Assembly (NCBI RefSeq): GCF_000143415.4
Contig: NW_003314314.1
Span: forward strand, 1,059,771 to 1,123,770
Length of the DNA: 64,000 nucleotides
Origin: Selaginella moellendorffii
Taxonomy: Eukaryota; Plantae; Lycopodiophyta
Direction: 5' to 3'
The position numbers and the translations under genes are program-made. Below are positions 36,233 to 48,092 of the stretch, piece by piece. Every line of letters starts with the position of its first letter. Positions within the stretch are counted from its first letter, which is position 1. Below the pieces are notes generated by a model, which saw nothing but the letters and a program-made list of their open reading frames with translations, was not told where the DNA came from and made no database searches.

Positions 36233-37315
36233 GAGCATGACATGGAACAAATCTTGATTGCACTCCATTGATCTAGATCACCAGTCACTAATTCTTTTCT
36301 GCTCTCGGCCGAGACTAGCTACAAGCATATACTCGCTCGATCACAAAGACCCGGCTCAAGCCTTGACTGGTATTTATAATCGCAGGGTAACGGCGTCTGG
36401 ATCACTATAACATGGCAGTCAAGTGATCATGTAGCTTTGCTTGCAAGGATAGCACAACGCAGGGAAAAGTATGCGTTCATCCTGGGAAAAGTGGTGTTTT
36501 AGAAACTCCCACTTAAAATTATCTCCGAGGCTCCTGGGCTTCCATGTTAAACCCTGTGGCAATGGATCACGTTTCAAGAGTTCCGTCGACCTCCTTTTGT
36601 TGGTCATGGTCAAGTTTTTCAATGCGTTGGCCAACTTGACAACACTCCTGCCAAGATCGCCAAAGGATCCGCCTTGTTTGTTTAGGCGCTGCCGCTCTTG
36701 TCCCTCATGGCTTGCTTACCCCAGTTGGCGTGTCCATTCAAGCCATGGTCCAAACCAAATTTTCTATCCTGGCCGGGAATTGAAAACTCGCCTTCCAAGA
36801 TTGGGCAATCATTGACAGGAATATCTTAGAGCACTCCAATCCAATCGGGTTGCTGGAGGGAGATTACCTTGGCATGTGTTGTTGGGTGTGGTGCCCCACA
36901 GAGAAACAACCAAACTCCCGAGCCCAAGGCGGCGCTGCAACAATGCTATTATGCTAGGCTTATTTGCACCTCAATCGCAATCACGCCACACTTGCTCGAT
37001 CGCTCATGCTCGCTCCTCCCGAGGCTAGGTAACATGAGGAAAGAAAAAAGAAATGAAACCGCTGACTTGGTCTACGACGGGCCTTGGTTGACTGGTCAGC
37101 ACGGCTTTAGGGCTCTAGATGTTGAGGCGTCTTGCGCCTAGGAGCATGTTCAAGGGGCGAATGCCGTCCTCCAGCGCGGCCGATGCAAGCGAGGTGATCC
37201 AATCAAGGTGGTGGAATTCTGAAATTTCCTTGACTGCAGGTGCTGGGCGAGCAATCAGGGAGCGTGGCAGTCGGGCTGCTCAACAGGCCCAACAAGCTCA
37301 ACTCGTTGAATGAGA
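36233..37315 (+). repeat. Direct segmental duplication, copy B (CYP78A 5' remnant + intergenic region + functional HIBCH start)
   Basis: Aligns with 26735-27954. Confidence 0.93.
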
Positions 37316-39024
37316 ACATGGTGGGCTTACTCATCTTCAACACACTCACGTCAGTGGCCAACTGTGTGCAGATCGTCCGCCTTCAAGAGCTCTACCAGAG
37401 GTGGGAAACCGACAGCAACGTTGTCGCAGTCATCCTGAAGGTTGAGCTCGAGAGCTTGTCTTGTTCACCACCGCTAGTCTAAATTTCTTGTGCAGGGCAA
37501 TGGGAGGGCTTTCTGCGCTGGCGGTGATGTTGCAAGTGTTTGTGAACTTGGTCGTCAGGGTAACCTACGTCTCCCTCGCTTTCATGACAATCTCATGGTG
37601 CTCACTTCTACAGGTCGCCAACACCAGGCCAGTGGATTCTTTTACAAGGAATACGTGCTCAACTATTACCTTGCGACATTCAAGAAACCGCATGTAAGGA
37701 ACAACAAGCCTGACGTTGTGGTGAGTGCGCAGCTCGCTTTTTGACAAGTCTGTCATTGTATAGGTGGCCTTTCTCAACGGGGTCGTCATGGGTGGCGGGA
37801 ATGGCGTCTCCGTTCATGGCAAGTATCGCGTTGCCACAGAGAAAACTGTAAGTAGCTGTCTGGCACAGACGATGGGAGCCACATCTGATCCAGTTTGCAG
37901 CTGTTTGCTATGCCGGAGACTGCCCTCGGACTGCATCCCGACGTTGGAGCATCGTATTTTCTGTCTCGTTTGGATGGGCATTTGGGTGAGTTGTATCCAT
38001 CGACTTCAAAAGCTTGTTTGATAGAGTTGCCGAGTCAAAGGGGAGTATCTGGGGTTGACGGGCGAGCGTCTTGATGGAGCTGACATGCTCAACATTGGGC
38101 TCGCAACACATTATGTGCCGTCGGAGGTGAGCTTTTTATTTTTCGGTTGTGCTCGCTCTCTAATACCCTGGCGTTTGTTGCAGCGGCTAGCATCTCTAGA
38201 AAGCGAGCTGCGCAGTGTCTCCTCGCCAGAGAGCGTGGAAGAAACACTCGGGAAATTCTCGGGCAGGCCGCCGGTGCAGGGAAAGAGCTGCTTGCACAGG
38301 TTTGCACTTGTCGTCAAGTTCCTAGAGTGATCACTAAATGAGCACGGGTGGTAGGCTGCAGGTGATCAATGCTTGCTTCTCGGGAGACACGGTGGAAGGC
38401 ATTCTACATGCATTGGTAGGGGCACAAGGTTTGGTTTTGTGTAACATGAGCTGAAATGCTGCCTGAAGGAAAGGGAGCGGGGTGACGGCGACGATGAGTG
38501 GCTGGACAAGGCCACGAGCAAGCTCAAGGGAGCATCTCCGACGAGCCTCAAGATCACCCTGGCATCGGTATGTTGTAATCACTGCTCACACACTCACCCA
38601 AAGGTTGTCTTGTGCTTCAGATTCGTAGAGGCAGGCAGGAGTCCCTCGCCGAGTGCCTGGCAAGGGAGTACCGCATGAGCTTCCGTGCGGTGTCGGCAAA
38701 GTACTCGGGAGACTTTTACGAGGTGATGCTTCTTGGCATGTCTCCATTGGATTGAGACCGGTTTTGAGATTGTGCAGGGGTGCCGGGCGATCCTGATAGA
38801 CAAGGACAACCGGCCGCGGGTAAGCAGTTTGCATGCACGACCAGTAGCCGTGGTTTTGACGGTGTGTGTGTGTGTGCGTGCAGTGGGATCCCAGCAAGCT
38901 CGAGGGCGTGTCGCGCGAGGTGGTGGAGGGCTATTTTGCGGCGCTGGGCGACGGGGAAGGGGAGGAGCTGCAGCTGCCGGTGGGCGAGCGGGGCACGGGA
39001 GCTCGGTCTCGTGCTCGGATTTGA
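37119..39024 (+). CDS. 3-hydroxyisobutyryl-CoA hydrolase (crotonase family, CHY1/HIBCH-like), multi-exon
   Basis: [79 protein letters not shown]; ends ...RSRARI*. Confidence 0.93.
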
Positions 39025-39058
39025 TGAGAATGGGACGCCACGTAAGACTCCCCGCATG

Positions 39059-39250
39059 TATAAAAAGGAGGCGTGGGCATGGCTATGGGGGTTTGCCCTA
39101 TCTTTGTACTTGGGCTCTGCTCAAGTCACCAAATTCGATCTTCGCTTCCAGGAGGTATGTGGAGGCTAGGGTTTTAGGGCATCCCCAATGCCGCAGTGCT
39201 AGGATCCATCAGGGTTTCTATCCTCGCGTCTCTCTTTTCTTTGACTGCAG
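39059..39250 (+). promoter_or_regulatory. eIF4A promoter/5' leader: TATAAAA (39059-39065), 5'UTR intron (39155-39250) containing a telo-box (39167-39174)
   Basis: Consensus motifs, a gag|gtatgt donor and a tgcag acceptor 12 nt before the ATG. Confidence 0.55.
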
Positions 39251-39262
39251 GTATTGCAGATA

Positions 39263-40657
39263 ATGGCTGGCTTGGCACCCGAGACCTCTCAATTCGATCC
39301 CCGGCAGTATGACCAGAAGATGGAGTTTGCGTAAGCGCGGTGTGCTTTGTTTGCGTGCGCCTGACTCCCTCTGTGGCACAGGTTGGAAGGAGACGATGTG
39401 ATATCGAGCTGGGACGAGGTGAACGAGACATTCGACTCCATGGGCTTGCACGAGAATCTGCTGCGAGGGATCTACGCCTACGGTGAGCCGCCTCGTATCC
39501 CCAATGGGCGTGGATGTGACTGTGCTTGCAGGCTTTGAAAAGCCCTCTACCATCCAGCAGAGGGGAATCGTGCCGTTTTGCAAGGGGATTGACGTGATCC
39601 AGCAGGCCCAGTCCGGCACCGGCAAGACGGCCACGTTTTGCTCCGGCATCCTGCAGCAGCTCGACTACAACAATGTCGAGTGCCAGGCGCTGGTGCTGGC
39701 GCCCACCAGGGAGCTGGCGCAGCAGATCGAGAAGGTGATGCGGGCGCTGGGTGACTACCTGCAGGTGAAGGTGCACGCCTGCGTCGGCGGCACCGACGTC
39801 CGCCAGGACCAGAGAATCCTGCAGGCCGGCGTCCATGTGGTGGTAGGCACTCCTGGTCGCGTCTACGATATGCTCAGGCGTCGCGCGCTGCGGCCGGACT
39901 ACATCAAGATGTTTGTCCTGGACGAGGCGGACGAGATGCTGTCCCGCGGTTTCAAGGACCAGGTAAGGTGGAAGGAAAGCTGGTCTATATAACCACCCTG
40001 CCTGTGCCTTGTGTGTCGCAGATTTACGACATCTTCCAGCTCCTTCCCTCCAAGGTCCAGGTGGGCCTCTTCTCCGCCACAATGCCGCCCGAGGCGCTGG
40101 AGATCACCCGCAAGTTCATGAACAAGCCGGTGCGCATTCTCGTCAAGCGAGACGAGCTGACGCTGGAGGGTATCAAGCAGTTTTACGTGAACGTGGAACG
40201 AGAGGACTGGAAACTGGACACGCTGTGCGACCTGTACGAGACGCTGGCCATCACGCAGAGCGTCATCTTTTGCAACACCCGGCGCAAGGTGGACTGGCTC
40301 ACCGACAAGATGAGGAGCCGCGACCACACCGTGTCTGCGACGCACGGCGACATGGACCAGAACACCCGCGACATCATCATGCGCGAGTTCCGGTCGGGCT
40401 CGTCCCGCGTGCTCATCACCACCGACTTGCTCGCGCGCGGCATCGACGTCCAGCAGGTGTCGCTGGTGATCAACTACGACCTTCCGACGCAGCCGGAGAA
40501 TTATCTGCATCGAATTGGTCGCAGCGGTCGGTTTGGGCGGAAGGGCGTGGCCATCAACTTTATGGTGAGAGAGGACGAGAGGATGCTTCATGACATCCAG
40601 AAGTTTTACAACACTGTCATTGAGGAGCTGCCAAATAACGTTGCGGACCTCATCTAA
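39263..40657 (+). CDS. eIF4A: Eukaryotic translation initiation factor 4A (DEAD-box helicase), 4 coding exons
   Basis: [61 protein letters not shown], ends PNNVADLI*. Confidence 0.97.
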
Positions 40658-40786
40658 TGACCAACGCCGTGTTATGGTTGTGAGAGGGGGGTTTGTAGCA
40701 GCATGTTTTGAACCAAGTGATAAGCTTATATACCACAGTAATTTAAAGTCTGCCTTTCTAACATCATCATTGGAAAGAGGTAGGCG

Positions 40787-42177
40787 ATGGCGGCGTGCGC
40801 GTGGTGGGCGGCGCCAGCGTACCACGCCCTCGCCGCTGGCGCGTCCGGTGGGAGGCACCGGAGGAGCCGCCTCGACATTGTGGAAGCAAAGGCCAGGCAG
40901 ACATCATGGCGGCCGGGCGACTTCTGGGATTACGTGGCCTCCCTCAACAAGGGCAAGCGCCTGGACGAGGCACTGCAGGTTGGTTGGTCTCTGTTTGCGC
41001 GAGCTCCCCTTGTGACGCTGGGTGTGTCAAGGCATTTGAGTGGTGGAAGCAGCAGCCAGGATACCGGGCGCGGGAGGAGCACTTTGTGCGCTTCATGGTG
41101 ATGGCCAGCAAGGCGGGGCAGCCACATGCGGCACAGGGCGTGTTCGACGGCATGGAGGCGATGCAGGTGAGGCCATCCGTGGTGGGCTTCAGTGCTTTGG
41201 CGCAGAGCTACGCCGAGAGCGGCGACGTGGAGGGCGCCCAGTCGGCCATGAGGCGGATGCTGGATACAGGCATCCAGCCCAACGTGGTCACCTACGGTGG
41301 CCTCATCCGTGCCTATGGCAAGAGGGGCCTGTTTGACGACATGGCCAAGGTGGTGAACACCATGAAGACGGTGCGGTGTGAGCCTGACTTCTTCGTGTAC
41401 AAGAACGTCATCGAGGCGTACGCGAGCGGCGGCCTGGTGGGGCGCATGGACAAGGCATTCAAGGCCATGCGAGCAGACGGCTGGATTCCAGACTCGGACA
41501 TTCTCAACCTGCTTGCGCAAGGCTACGCGTCCATGGGAATGATCAAGGAGATGGAAGGCGCCCAGGGCGAGCTGAGGCGGATCAAGGGGTGGCCACGGGA
41601 GGAGAGTGTGCGCGCCTGTGCACTGGCTTACATCCGCCACGACCAGTTCTACCAGATGGAAGGCTTCGTCAAGTCCCTGGGCATGAAGAGGATCGGTGGC
41701 AACTTACTGTGGAACTTGCTGCTGCTCGCGCATGCCGCAAACTTCTCCATGAAGAGCCTCCAGAGGGAGGCGGTCAACATGTGGTCGGCGAGGTGCGCGC
41801 CCGACGTCACCACCTTCAACATCCGGGCGCTGGCGCTGTCGCGGATGCAAATGCTTTGGGACCTTCACGTGCTGGTGCAGCACATGAGGGCCGAGTCGGT
41901 GCGGCCCGACCTGGTCACCTACGGCGCGCTGGTGGACGCCTACGCCATCGCCCGCTTGCTGCCCAGGCTCCCCGAGCAGCTGGACGAGCTGGACATGGCC
42001 GACACCATCCCGGACGTGCGGACCGATCCGCTCGTGTTCCAGGCCTTTGGGCGCGGCCGCTTCCATGCATTCTGCGACGCCTACGTCCGCTCCAGCTCCA
42101 CGACGCTTGTCAACTACTCCACCCTCACCACCGCCTACCTTGACGCCCGTCGGACAAGTGGCACCTCCCCAGTTTAA
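40787..42177 (+). CDS. P-class pentatricopeptide repeat protein, organelle-targeted; intron ~40979-41030
   Basis: Tandem ~35-aa repeats (PSVVGFSALAQSYA, PNVVTYGGLIRAYGK, PDFFVYKNVIEAYA, PDVTTFNI, PDLVTYGALVDAY). Confidence 0.9.
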
Positions 42178-42239
42178 AGTGGTTTTTCAAGGGCAGGGCG
42201 AGAGGGAGCGGCCTGTTTGCTGCGCGGCACACTCGGCTC

Positions 42240-42958
42240 ATGGAACCCACGGCTGCCCAAGGCACCACCTTGGTGGATTTGCTGCGCGAGGCGGCTGCGG
42301 AGGTGATTGATGGCGATGCCAAGCAGGAGCGGTCCGTGGTGCGCAGGACGAGGGAGGCCTTCACCCGCAGGGCACCCCGGTTCAGGCTTGCTGCCAGGTC
42401 TGCTTCAGCTGATATCATGCGGTGGATGCACCGGGGAGGACCATGGCGAGCGTTTCTCGTCAGCACCGTAAGCTATATAGCGTGTTACTCCCTCCTCCCC
42501 GACATTCTTCGCTGTTTCTTGGGTGTTGCAGCTTGGCATCGTGGTGTTTGTTTCTCTGGCAGCGCTCGCTACGTTCATCCTGTTTCTTGTCACTGCCACA
42601 GCCAACGCTGTCGCCATAGGATTCCTGATGTCCGTCACTGGAATAGGAGCTTTCGTGGCGCTCTTCTTCATGATGCTCACGGCCGTCTACATCGGTGCAC
42701 TTGTAACAGCTGCCGTGGCAATCTCCTGCATTGCTCTCTGCACAATCGGTGCAGCCATCCTAGTTACAGGTGAGGCAGTCCTTGTCACAAAGCAACTAAA
42801 TGCACTGTCTTGCAGCTTGGATCTTGTTCTGGTGGTGCTTGTGGCAAGGAGCGAAAAAAGCGACTGACTTTGTGCGAGGATCATTAGCTTTGACAGGTTC
42901 GGCCCTTTCGGCAGTTTCAGCAGCGGGACCAACTCAGGTTATTGCAGTGGAGAAGTGA
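42240..42958 (+). CDS. LDIP (LDAP-interacting protein)/promethin-like lipid droplet protein, 3 exons
   Basis: RWMHRGGPWRAFLV followed by a long hydrophobic hairpin FLVTATANA...FVALFF..LTAVYIGAL and WILFWWCLWQGAK, matching the plant LDIP pattern. Confidence 0.75.
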
Positions 42959-42991
42959 CTTTGGTGTTTCGTGAAAAACAGCTATGGCTCT

Positions 42992-43901
42992 TCATGATGC
43001 CTGCTCCTTCTGTTTCTGCTGAGCAGCAATAGCAGCTATCACTTCCTGCTTCTCCTTGAGCCTGGCAGCCCGTTGCTCTCGTTTTGACGGAGTGTAGGGC
43101 AGCCTGTTGGGAGCCTGGTTGAGGTTCCTGTAGTAGTCATAAGCTCGAGGCCCTCTGGCTTCGCTGGGTGGGAAGCGTGGTAGCACTGGATACACTGGCT
43201 CGTACATCCAGAAGAAGTTGCGGGACGGATGGATGCCCAGGCCTATGGCAGGATCGTAGGTCCTCTCCAACACGTCGTCCTTGAGTGTATTCTTGGGGCC
43301 ACCTGCGGGGCAAGGTAATGAACATGAAACGAGCAAGAACACAAGAACAGAGCCTTTACCATCCAGACGAACTTTTTTGAACGCTAGGCAGGCAGGCCTG
43401 GGTATGGCGCTCCCTGTCGCAAGCGTGCCAACGGATATCCTCACTTTGCTCCCGTCCTGCAGGAAGCCACACTTGCTTCTCACTCGACCCCTGCAAACAA
43501 AGAGCGTCAAACGAGAAGTGAGTGAGATAGCCAACTGCACCCGCTAACTGGATCCACAAGCATGACGTTGGAAACGTGGATCGGAGACTCCTTGGTCACA
43601 ACGCCGGTCAGATTGTCTACGGTGCGCTTGACATGCCGCTTCACCTGGATCCAGCCAAAGGATGAGCGCAAGTGTGTAGGCCTACTTACCAGATTCCTGC
43701 CCTCCACAATCACTTTGTTTCTCTTCCGGAAAACCTCCTTAACCGTCCCAGTCAGGCCTTTATCATTTCCAGTGATGATCTTCACCTGAAATGCAGGGAG
43801 GAGGGGTAAGAAAACGCGCGCGGCCTCGACTCTACCTTGTCGCCTCGCAAAATCTTCCATCTGTTGAATGTGACGATCGGGCGCTTGAAGCCCACTGCCA
43901 T
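42992..43901 (-). CDS. Mitochondrial ribosomal protein uL24 with C-terminal extension, multi-exon
   Basis: WKILRGDK|VKIITGNDKG..G.VKEVFRKRNKVIVEGRNL|VKRHVK...KESPIHVSNVMLVDP (KOW motif), GSKVRIS. Confidence 0.88.
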
Positions 43902-45335
43902 GCCTTCGCTAGGGCACTTTTAGGGCATTTTTATCAAAAAAAAAAAACAAAGGCATACGTTTCCAGTGAGCCGGATGCATCACCGTCTCGCTCTGGCACG
44001 ACCTTAATGGATCGTTGACGGGCTCGTACCTAATGAGCATCATAGTTCGTTCATCGTCAAACAAGCGAGATCGTGTCCGACGCCGAATTCTCGTGTCTGG
44101 CTCATTACGCATATCGCCCGAGCCACCTTCCACTACAGTGCAGTCTCTCTTCCGGATGGCGCCTTTCCTTGCTCGTCAAATTTCACCTACATTAGATTGA
44201 GAAGATTGGGAAAGCTTTCCTTGGTGGCCAAGCTACATACTTTGTCCGACTTACAGTGCATGTAAAAGTAAAGAACAAGGAACCCCCCGGACTCTCACAC
44301 ACGAAAATATGGTTTTTTCCTTTTAAAACGGTTGCAGACCCTAATTCTAAAAATGGGTCTCATATTTAATTACATATTCATCCACACCACTTTTGGCATG
44401 AAAACTCTTTGTCACATCTAGTACTAGCTTTCCCTTAGTCCACAGCTGACAAACTGCCCTGCACATGAAAAACCACATAAAGTTCAAGCCCAGACTTACA
44501 TCTAGAAGGTAGCAATAGGCAATATTCTGACTCTGGCTCTTACTGCTCGAAGCAGACTGTTATTGCTGTGTTGTTTTAGCATTTGCGTTGCTCGCAACCT
44601 CTAGAGCTGGCATAAGCTACAGACTGAAACACCATATCTTCTGCAGCTGCCCAAGCAAGCGCTGGGAGTGAATTCTATACCAAAAAACACTTACTTTCGT
44701 CATCTTTATGTTTTGCTTGGCATCCAGATCTCAAGTAATGTGTCATCTAAGGCCTCGCCAAGCTCTTGTGGCACAAAAAATCCACGAGAGGCCCAGTGCC
44801 ATCAATCGGCATGCTTGATGGCGCCCAAGAACCCTAAATAATAGAGCATTAGAATATTCATAAGAATATCCATTAGATTACATTGTAAGCATTAAAATAT
44901 TCATTAAAAGAAGCCAGGATTAGCTTGGCACCGAAAATGAGGAGCTGGGCTGGGTCAAACCTATCATTTCTGAGTGTGTTTGAGCTAGAGACATGTATGC
45001 CACCTGTTGAGTTTCAAATGCTTGCTTAATATTAACCTGATGAAAGGGACCATATTCAAACCATTGCGAGTTTTTGGTTTGTCATAGTAATTGAAAGATT
45101 TCGTAGCTGGATGCTCCTGTAAAAATCCTAGAAGGGGGATTTTAACTTGTCAAGGAAACATTTGCGTATTTGAATACCTCTAATTGAGATAAATAAAAAT
45201 GAGATTAAGCATAGATGAGATAGATGTAACTCTCATCCACTACCTTGAACTAAAAGGGATTTGATGCAGATTGAAATTATTCCTGGAATTTGGTTATAGA
45301 ACTTATTGTACCATATGGAAAAGGTATGTAGCACT

Positions 45336-45358
45336 TGGGGGGGGGGGGGGGGGGGGGT
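45336..45358. repeat. Poly-G tract
   Basis: Directly visible run of more than 20 G. Confidence 0.9.
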
Positions 45359-47149
45359 GTATGCACCTTTAATTGGTGGAGGAATAAGGCTTGTATGACC
45401 ACAAATAGCAAGTTGTTGAGAGTAAATTCCTTAGTGTCTAGTATAATCCAAAACTTTTCGAAGGTGAGATTTTGGAATACAATGGCCCAGATTAAATCTA
45501 AGTTTTCAAAATAGTAATAATAGTATACAACATTTTAGCCATACACTTGAACTACATATCATGCCCTTCTCTATAAGCCATAAATTTACTAGAAAGTCCA
45601 AATTCAAGAATTTACATTTTCTTGAAAGGACAAAAGGTAATTAAGGTTCTTTTGTCGAAAGGTTAAGATTAATGGATTTTGTTGATGGGCTAAGATCTAG
45701 AGGAACATCAAGAGGAGACATTGATAAATTTGTAGACAGTACAATTTATTATAATCCCTTTTTACAAAATGCTTTAGTCACTGTATATACATAATTTTTG
45801 GAGGATTGATTTGCAACACTTTATCCCAAGCTAATGATATGTAGTTTTTCCAAGAGATGCCTTGCTCAATGAAATGGACCATAACAGTCATTTATTGTGT
45901 ATTTTATAGATAATGACAAACATTGTAGCAGCATTGTTATATTATTTATAAGTGGCCCAAGTGTTTAGAATTCTTGTCAAATACTAATCCCAAGACCTAG
46001 CATCAATAGTTATAGCAAAGAGAAGCTCAACTCTATTGATAATATAAAATCATAACCATATAAAAGTTTAATGTAAACCTCTGAATTTAGACTTTTCAAA
46101 AGGTCACCTATCCTAGTACTATTTAGATCTATAGTAAGTTTAACTTTATATATTTCAAGACCCTTAACTAATTAGAAAAAGGGGTGCTCTTCTATTTATA
46201 TGTTATTTCCCTATATATTTGAACTCTAATAGAATACCTTTCAAGTTCTTCTCTTTGGTTACATACATTTACATGGTGAAATACTAATGAAACTCTACAC
46301 CTTTGTAAGATACACATACTAAAGAGATATTAAATAACCATTATAATCTGAAGAGCTACACCACATTATGTGTGTTAGAGTGTGAGGTTAAGAGTAAAAT
46401 ACTCCTTGAATACCTTGAGATCCTTATATAAAAACTTGTAGAGCAAATAAGAGATAATATAGGGAAGCATTTGTGTCGCGAATATGATTGTAGGTATTGA
46501 AAATTATTTGTTAGCTAGTCTTTTCGGTTATTCTTTTTTTACTGCCACGATGGCAGAAAGTCAGTATTGTTAGACCCTTTATCACTACACCCAAGTTAGT
46601 TGAGAAATTGGTTATCATATATATACTTATGCCAGATAAATATAAGGTAGGAACTCCTATGTGTTTCTTGCTAAGCATACTCGGCCTGGTAGGAGAAACT
46701 CATATGTTGGCTTGCACTTGTTAGTATTGGGAACCTCTGTAATATTAAGTTTTGTCCCTTAATATTTGCTAAATGATAGCTTACTGTGTCTGTTAAACAT
46801 CTTTACTATCATACACTTTATGTTAGTTCCATTTGATCCTAATTACTATTTATGGAAAGTGTTTAGATTTGTTAGTTTAGTATATTTACAGAATGTAGAG
46901 ATTGTCTTGAACACAATGGTGTTTGTCCCATATCTAAATTCATAATCTAGTGTCATTCCATATTTAATAAGTTTCAAGTTAATCCTAGAGGGGTTGTAGG
47001 GGTTGTAGGGGGTTCCAAATGTATAATAGCGATAGTGGGTAGGTTGGGCATGGACGATCAACCTGAGGCATAGTCTAGGTCCTGCTTGCGTGCTTGTTTT
47101 TTTTTTTGTGTTTGGCTTTGGTCTAAGCTCAAATTCCACACCATGCTAG

Positions 47150-48092
47150 TGTGAGACAGAAATCCCAGAGCCCTAAACGTGGAAGAAGCCAAACAAGACT
47201 AAAAAATCCAACTTCAAAAGGTGAGAGTGGGAGTAGAACTCTCAACGAAGTGCTTGAGGAACAAACATGAAACACGCAATAAGTGAGTTTCTAGAAAAAG
47301 GGACACAAGAGGATCAACACATGACACGTAGAAGTGTTGAGATGGAGTCCAAGATGTACCTGAGATCGAGTCTGAGATGGACCCAAGATGGAATCTGAGA
47401 TGGACCAGAGATGGAGTCCGAGATGAATCCGAGGTGGAGTCTGAGATGAAATCTGAGATGGAGTCCAAGATAGAGTTCGAGATGGAGTCCGAGATGGAGT
47501 CCGAGATAGAGTTCGAGATAGAGTTCGAGGTAGACCCAAGGTGGAGTCTGAGATGGAGTCCGAGATGGAATCTGAGATGGAGTCTGAGATGGAGTCCCAG
47601 ATGGAATCTGAGATGGACCCGAAATGTAGTCCAAGATGAAACTGAGATCGAGACCAAGACCTAGACCGAGTTTGAGTTTGAGTTTGAGTTCAAGTCTGAA
47701 TCTGAATACTAATACAGGCTGTTAGGTGAAAGCCTAAAGCGATCGCCCGGGGGTGCTATAGAGGGTTCCAAAAGTATAGTAGGGAGAGTGTGGGGGTTGG
47801 ACCTCAGTGGAGCTAGTTTGGCTAGAAAAGGCTAGTGTGACCCAAGATGATTATGCCCACATGTTGGGTGATGATATATCCACTAAGGAGTCCAAAGCTA
47901 GAGTGAATACAGACTAACAAACGGGGTAGCTTAGTGAAGTGTTCAAGAGCTGGCTTTAATTTCCCCAGGAGATCAAATGATTGATGCTTCTAGTCCAAGT
48001 GTAAGTGGCACTACCTACTTGGATACCTGGCGTGGCTCAACGGAACCTTGCTCTAGCCCCATGGCTAGAGCACCCAAAGGCAGAAGGTGGGT
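47150..48092 (+). mobile_element. Truncated LTR of a second, related gypsy family ('family B') with a 12-bp tandem array (gagatggagtcc, ~47340-47700)
   Basis: Starts with TG; shares the tandem array and the tactaatac...gtgaaagcc.aaagcg...ggttccaaaagtatagtaggga block with the LTR at 61843-62914. Confidence 0.7.

Noticed and set aside
43909-44133. ORF upstream of uL24 as an extra N-terminal exon
   Set aside because: Splicing to the uL24 exon meets a stop in the tested frames; at most a uORF or 5'UTR intron.
44200-47149. AT-rich region with traces of exon-like sequence
   Set aside because: Probably decayed transposon DNA, but I could not assign a family or termini.
47214-47664. Ser-Asp/Glu-Ser-rich ORFs (also ~51170, 57190, 59080, 61900)
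   Set aside because: Translations of the LTR tandem arrays, not proteins.
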